64,000 nucleotides of DNA from Auanema rhodensis. Taxonomy: Eukaryota > Animalia > Nematoda. Below the pieces are notes generated by a model that was not told the DNA's origin, searched no databases, and saw only the letters and a list, made by a program, of their open reading frames with translations. Each line of letters begins with the position of its first letter. Position 1 is the stretch's first letter. Below, one piece after another: positions 56,701 through 64,000 of this stretch. Position numbers and translations under genes: made by a program. The stretch covers positions 22,196,001 to 22,260,000 of the forward strand of contig OZ059894.1 of the NCBI GenBank assembly GCA_964057225.1. The letters are read 5' to 3'.

Positions 56701-58265
56701 TTTGGAAGCAATGTTGAGTGTACATGGAAACTCAACATACACTAATGCATCATTTTTCAAACGATCATAACTAATTTTTGTATCAAGCGTTTCTTGATGT
56801 AGTATAGTGCATTCGATGCGGATTTTTAAGCTGCGTCGATCTGTGTTATCAGATTTGCGCTAGCTTAAAAATGCACCGAGATATCAACTGATATAAGTTC
56901 ACACTTATATCCTCGATTTTCACCCTGAAGAATTAATTTTTTCGTTGAATAACATTGTCCATCGTCTTTGCCTTAAAAAAAGGAATCTAAAAACATCTAC
57001 TTTTTGCTGAATTATTTTGAAATTTTTCGAAAAAATTTTTGTCAAAATGTTTTTGGAAGCAATGTTGAGTTTACATGGAAACTCAACATACACTAATGCA
57101 TCATTTTTCAAACGATCATAACTAATTTTTGTATCAAACGTTTCTCAATGTAGTATAGTGCATTCGATGCGGATTTTTAAGCTGCGTCGATCTGTGTTAT
57201 CAGATTTGCGCTAGCTTAAAAATGCACCGAGATATCAACTGATATAAGTTCACACTTATATCCTCGATTTTCACCCTGAAGAATTAATTTTTTCGTTGAA
57301 TAACATTGTCCATCGTCTTTGCCTTAAAAAAAGGAATCTAAAAACATCTACTTTTTGCTGAATTATTTTGAAATTTTTCGAAAAAATTTTTGTCAAAATG
57401 TTTTTGGAAGCAATGTTGAGTGTACATGGAAACTCAACATACACTAATGCATCATTTTTCAAACGATCATAACTAATTTTTGTATCAAATGTTTCTCAAT
57501 GTAGTATAGTGCATTCGATGCGGATTTTTAAGCTGCGTCGATCTGTGTTATCAGATTTGCGCTAGCTTAAAAATGCACCGAGATATCAACTGATATAAGT
57601 TCACACTTATATCCTCGATTTTCACCCTGAAGAATTAATTTTTTCGTTGAATAACATTGTCCATCGTCTTTGCCTTAAAAAAAGGAATCTAAAAACATCT
57701 ACTTTTTGCTGAATTATTTTGAAATTTTTCGAAAAAATTTTTGTCAAAATGTTTTTGGAAGCAATGTTGAGTGTACATGGAAACTCAACATACACTAATG
57801 CATCATTTTTCAAACGATCATAACTAATTTTTGTATCAAACGTTTCTCAATGTAGTATAGTGCATTCGATGCGGATTTTTAAGCTGCGTCGATCTGTGTT
57901 ATCAGATTTGCGCTAGCTTAAAAATGTACCGAGATATCAACTGATATAAGTTCACACTTATATCCTCGATTTTCACCCTGAAGAATTAATTTTTTCGTTG
58001 AATAACATTGTCCATCGTCTTTGCCTTGGAAAAAGGAATCTAAAAACATCTACTTTTTGCTGAATTATTCTGAAATTTTTCGAAAAAATTTTTGTCAAAA
58101 TGTTTTTGGAAGCAATGTTGAGTGTACATGGAAACTCAACATACACTAATGCATCATTTTTCAAACGATCATAACTAATTTTTGTATCAAGCGTTTCTTG
58201 ATGTAGTATAGTGCATTCGATGCGGATTTTTAAGCTGCGTCGATCTGTGTTATCAGATTTGCGCT
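51948..58265. repeat. 9-monomer (3159-bp) tandem duplication overlapping the 7-mer
   Basis: Nine successive ORF haplotypes 52006..54814 recur at 55165..57973. Private alleles CACAATTAT, GAGTTTAC (53912, 57071) and TCAAATGT are shared. Confidence 0.92.
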
Positions 58266-61073
58266 AGCTTAAAAATGCACCGAGATATCAACTGATATAA
58301 GTTCACACTTATATCCTCGATTTTCACCCTGAAGAATTAATTTTTTCGTTGAATAACATTGTCCATCGTCTTTGCCTTAAAAAAAGGAATCTAAAAACAT
58401 CTACTTTTTGCTGAATTATTTTGAAATTTTTCGAAAAAATTTTTGTCAAAATGTTTTTGGAAGCAATGTTGAGTGTACATGGAAACTCAACATACACTAA
58501 TGCATCATTTTTCAAACGATCATAACTAATTTTTGTATCAAACGTTTCTCAATGTAGTATAGTGCATTCGATGCGGATTTTTAAGCTGCGTCGATCTGTG
58601 TTATCAGATTTGCGCTAGCTTAAAAATGTACCGAGATATCAACTGATATAAGTTCACACTTATATCCTCGATTTTCACCCTGAAGAATTAATTTTTTCGT
58701 TGAATAACATTGTCCATCGTCTTTGCCTTGGAAAAAGGAATCTAAAAACATCTACTTTTTGCTGAATTATTCTGAAATTTTTCGAAAAAATTTTTGTCAA
58801 AATGTTTTTGGAAGCAATGTTGAGTGTACATGGAAACTCAACATACACTAATGCATCATTTTTCAAACGATCATAACTAATTTTTGTATCAAACGTTTCT
58901 CAATGTAGTATAGTGCATTCGATGCGGATTTTTAAGCTGCGTCGATCTGTGTTATCAGATTTGCGCTAGCTTAAAAATGCACCGAGATATCAACTGATAT
59001 AAGTTCACACTTATATCCTCGATTTTCACCCTGAAGAATTAATTTTTTCGTTGAATAACATTGTCCATCGTCTTTGCCTTAAAAAAAGGAATCTAAAAAC
59101 ATCTACTTTTTGCTGAATTATTTTGAAATTTTTCGAAAAAATTTTTGTCAAAATGTTTTTGGAAGCAATGTTGAGTGTACATGGAAACTCAACATACACT
59201 AATGCATCATTTTTCAAACGATCATAACTAATTTTTGTATCAAACGTTTCTCAATGTAGTATAGTGCATTCGATGCGGATTTTTAAGCTGCGTCGATCTG
59301 TGTTATCAGATTTGCGCTAGCTTAAAAATGCACCGAGATATCAACTGATATAAGTTCACACTTATATCCTCGATTTTCACCCTGAAGAATTAATTTTTTC
59401 GTTGAATAACATTGTCCATCGTCTTTGCCTTAAAAAAAGGAATCTAAAAACATCTACTTTTTGCTGAATTATTTTGAAATTTTTCGAAAAAATTTTTGTC
59501 AAAATGTTTTTGGAAGCAATGTTGAGTGTACATGGAAACTCAACATACACTAATGCATCATTTTTCAAACGATCATAACTAATTTTTGTATCAAACGTTT
59601 CTCAATGTAGTATAGTGCATTCGATGCGGATTTTTAAGCTGCGTCGATCTGTGTTATCAGATTTGCGCTAGCTTAAAAATGTACCGAGATATCAACTGAT
59701 ATAAGTTCACACTTATATCCTCGATTTTCACCCTGAAGAATTAATTTTTTCGTTGAATAACATTGTCCATCGTCTTTGCCTTAAAAAAAGGAATCTAAAA
59801 ACATCTACTTTTTGCTGAATTATTTTGAAATTTTTCGAAAAAATTTTTGTCAAAATGTTTTTGGAAGCAATGTTGAGTGTACATGGAAACTCAACATACA
59901 CTAATGCATCATTTTTCAAACGATCATAACTAATTTTTGTATCAAACGTTTCTCAATGTAGTATAGTGCATTCGATGCGGATTTTTAAGCTGCGTCGATC
60001 TGTGTTATCAGATTTGCGCTAGCTTAAAAATGTACCGAGATATCAACTGATATAAGTTCACACTTATATCCTCGATTTTCACCCTGAAGAATTAATTTTT
60101 TCGTTGAATAACATTGTCCATCGTCTTTGCCTTGGAAAAAGGAATCTAAAAACATCTACTTTTTGCTGAATTATTCTGAAATTTTTCGAAAAAATTTTTG
60201 TCAAAATGTTTTTGGAAGCAATGTTGAGTGTACATGGAAACTCAACATACACTAATGCATCATTTTTCAAACGATCATAACTAATTTTTGTATCAAGCGT
60301 TTCTTGATGTAGTATAGTGCATTCGATGCGGATTTTTAAGCTGCGTCGATCTGTGTTATCAGATTTGCGCTAGCTTAAAAATGCACCGAGATATCAACTG
60401 ATATAAGTTCACACTTATATCCTCGATTTTCACCCTGAAGAATTAATTTTTTCGTTGAATAACATTGTCCATCGTCTTTGCCTTAAAAAAAGGAATCTAA
60501 AAACATCTACTTTTTGCTGAATTATTTTGAAATTTTTCGAAAAAATTTTTGTCAAAATGTTTTTGGAAGCAATGTTGAGTGTACATGGAAACTCAACATA
60601 CACTAATGCATCATTTTTCAAACGATCATAACTAATTTTTGTATCAAACGTTTCTCAATGTAGTATAGTGCATTCGATGCGGATTTTTAAGCTGCGTCGA
60701 TCTGTGTTATCAGATTTGCGCTAGCTTAAAAATGTACCGAGATATCAACTGATATAAGTTCACACTTATATCCTCGATTTTCACCCTGAAGAATTAATTT
60801 TTTCGTTGAATAACATTGTCCATCGTCTTTGCCTTGGAAAAAGGAATCTAAAAACATCTACTTTTTGCTGAATTATTCTGAAATTTTTCGAAAAAATTTT
60901 TGTCAAAATGTTTTTGGAAGCAATGTTGAGTGTACATGGAAACTCAACATACACTAATGCATCATTTTTCAAACGATCATAACTAATTTTTGTATCAAGC
61001 GTTTCTTGATGTAGTATAGTGCATTCGATGCGGATTTTTAAGCTGCGTCGATCTGTGTTATCAGATTTGCGCT

Positions 61074-62477
61074 AGCTTAAAAATGCACCGAGATATCAAC
61101 TGATATAAGTTCACACTTATATCCTCGATTTTCACCCTGAAGAATTAATTTTTTCGTTGAATAACATTGTCCATCGTCTTTGCCTTGAAAAAAGGAATCT
61201 AAAAACATCTACTTTTTGCTGAATTATTTTGAAATTTTTCGAAAAGGTTTTTGTCAAAATGTTTTTGGAAGCAATTTTGAGTGTACATGGAAACTCAACA
61301 TACACTAATGCATCATTTTTCAAACGATCATAACTAATTTTTGTATTAAGCGTTTCTCAATGTAGTATAGTGCATTCGATGCGGATTTTTAAGCTGCGTC
61401 GATCTGTGTTATCAGATTTGCGCTAGCTTAAAAATGCACCGAGATATCAACTGATATAAGTTTACACTTATATCCTCGATTTTCACCCTGAAGAATTGAT
61501 TTTTTCGTTGAATAACATTGTCCATCGTCTTTGCCTTGAAAAATGGAATCTAAAAACATCTACTTTTTGCTAAATTATTTTGAAATTTTTCGAAAAAATT
61601 TTTGTCAAAATGTTTTTGGAAGCAATGTTGAGTGTACATGGAAACTCAACACACACTAATGCATCATTTTTCAAACGATCATAACTAATTTGTGTATTAA
61701 GCGTTTCTCAATGTAGTATAGTGCATTCGATGCGGATTTTTAAGCTGCGTCGATCTGTGTTATCAGATTTGCGCTAGCTCAAAAATGCACCGAGATATCA
61801 ACTGATATAAGTTCACACTTATATCCTCGATTTTCACCCTGAAGAATTAATTTTTTCGTTGAATAACATTGTCCATCGTCTTTGCCTTGAAAAAAGGAAT
61901 CTAAAAACATCTACTTTTTGCTGAATTATTTTGAAATTTTTCGAAAAGATTTTTGTCAAAATGTTTTTGGAAGCAATTTTGAGTGTACATGGAAACTCAA
62001 CATACACTAATGCATCATTTTTCAAACGATCATAACTAATTTTTGTATTAAGCGTTTCTCAATGTAGTATAGTGCATTCGATGCGGATTTTTAAGCTGCG
62101 TCGATCTGTGTTATCAGATTTGCGCTAGCTTAAAAATGCACCGAGATATCAACTGATATAAGTTTACACTTATATCCTCGATTTTCACCCTGAAGAATTG
62201 ATTTTTTCGTTGAATAACATTGTCCATCGTCTTTGCCTTGAAAAATGGAATCTAAAAACATCTACTTTTTGCTAAATTATTTTGAAATTTTTCGAAAAAA
62301 TTTTTGTCAAAATGTTTTTGGAAGCAATGTTGAGTGTACATGGAAACTCAACACACACTAATGCATCATTTTTCAAACGATCATAACTAATTTGTGTATT
62401 AAGCGTTTCTCAATGTAGTATAGTGCATTCGATGCGGATTTTTAAGCTGCGTCGATCTGTGTTATCAGATTTGCGCT
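61074..62477. repeat. 2-monomer (702-bp) tandem duplication
   Basis: Private GCAATTTT and AATTGAT alleles each occur twice, 702 bp apart. Confidence 0.85.
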
Positions 62478-64000
62478 AGCTCAAAAATGCACCGAGATAT
62501 CAACTGATATAAGTTCACACTTATATCCTCGATTTTCACCCTGAAGAATTAATTTTTTCGTTGAATAACATTGTCCATCGTCTTTGCCTTGGAAAAAGGA
62601 ATCTAAAAACATCTACTTTTTGCTGAATTATTCTGAAATTTTTCGAAAAAATTTTTGTCAAAATGTTTTTGGAAGCAATGTTGAGTGTACATGGAAACTC
62701 AACATACACTAATGCATCATTTTTCAAACGATCATAACTAATTTTTGTATTAAGCGTTTCTCAATGTGGTATAGTGCATTCGATGCGGATTTTTAAGCTG
62801 CGTCGATCTGTGTTATCCGATTTGCGCTAGCTTAAAAATGCACCGAGATATCAACTGATATAAGTTCACACTTATATCCTCGATTTTCACCCTGAAGAAT
62901 TAATTTTTTCGTTGAATAACATTGTCTATCGTCTTTGCCTTGAAAAATGGAATCTAAAAACATCTACTTTTTGCTAAATTATTTTGAAATTTTTCGAAAA
63001 AATTTTTGTCAAAATGTTTTTGGAAGCAATGTTGAGTGTACATGGAAACTCAACATACACTAATGCATCATTTTTCAAACGATCATAACTAATTTTTGTA
63101 TCAAGCGTTTCTTGATGTAGTATAGTGCATTCGATGCGGATTTTTAAGCTGCGTCGATCTGTGTTATCAGATTTGCGCTAGCTTAAAAATGCACCGAGAT
63201 ATCAACTGATATAAGTTCACACTTATATCCTCGATTTTCACCCTGAAGAATTAATTTTTTCGTTGAATAACATTGTCCATCGTCTTTGCCTTAAAAAAAG
63301 GAATCTAAAAACATCTACTTTTTGCTAAATTATTTTGAAATTTTTCGAAAAAATTTTTGTCAAAATGTTTTTGGAAGCAATGTTGAGTGTACATGGAAAC
63401 TCAACATACACTAATGCATCATTTTTCAAACGAACATAACTAATTTTTTTATCAAGCGTTTCTCAATGTAGTATAGTGCATTCGATGCGGATTTTTAAGC
63501 TGCGTCGATCTGTGTTATCAAATTTGCGCTAGCTTAAAAATGCACCGAGATATCAACTGATATAAGTTCACACTTATATCCTCGATTTTCACCCTGAAGA
63601 ATTAATTTTTTCGTTGAATAACATTGTCCATCGTCTTTGCCTTAAAAACAGGAATCTAAAAACATCTACTTTTTGCTAAATTATTTTGAAATTTTTCGAA
63701 AAAATTTTTGTCAAAATGTTTTTGGAAGCAATGTTGAGTGTACATGGAAACTCAACATACACTAATGCATCATTTTTCAAACGATCATAACTAATTTTTG
63801 TATCAAGCGTTTCTTGATGTAGTATAGTGCATTCGATGCGGATTTTTAAGCTGCGTCGATCTGTGTTATCAGATTTGCGCTAGCTTAAAAATGCACCGAG
63901 ATATCAACTGATATAAGTTCACACTTATATCCTCGATTTTCACCCTGAAGAATTAATTTTTTCGTTGAATAACATTGTCCATCGTCTTTGCCTTAAAAAA

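Larger units (their letters stand above)
1..64000. repeat. Satellite DNA array, 351-bp monomer, 182 full copies + 119-bp partial, head-to-tail, truncated by both window edges
   Basis: AGCTTAAAAATGCACCGAGATATCAACTGA recurs (with occasional SNPs) at 1, 352, 703, 1054 ... with exact 351 spacing. The phase shifts by -1 after ~48355, and the last start is 63882. ORF-track spacings are multiples of 351 apart from that shift. No unique sequence anywhere. Confidence 0.99.

Noticed and set aside
1-64000. CRISPR array or integron-like cassette array
   Set aside because: No unique spacers or cassettes; the full 351 bp is repeated and no cas or integrase gene is present.
1-64000. Synthetic or collapsed-assembly artefact for the whole array
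   Set aside because: Position-restricted private alleles and nested duplications look like genuine array evolution, although individual identical blocks still need read validation.

Overview
The whole 64-kb window is one uninterrupted head-to-tail tandem array of a 351-bp AT-rich monomer. By hand count monomer 1 is 112/351 = ~32% GC. There are 182 complete copies plus a 119-bp partial copy, all in one orientation, and the array runs off both ends. This is typical eukaryotic satellite DNA (heterochromatic or possibly centromeric); I cannot name the family or organism. I see no genes, RNA genes, CRISPR array or transposon insertion. The ORF track only reflects SNPs that open or close short frames in the repeat. 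Copies differ by a few substitutions, and I see only one indel (1 bp, ~48352-48357). The noteworthy structure is: (i) the monomer is tiled with inverted repeats, including a ~50-67 nt fold-back across the AGCT/AGCT junction; (ii) one small dyad has a TG/CA doublet polymorphism and several stem-perfecting alleles; (iii) SNP haplotypes record nested 1- to 15-monomer duplications, mid-monomer crossovers and regional domains; (iv) the variants look enriched for TpA<->CpA/TpG transitions while CpG is not depleted. I found no protein-coding 'system'; any novelty lies in the satellite's structure and evolution.
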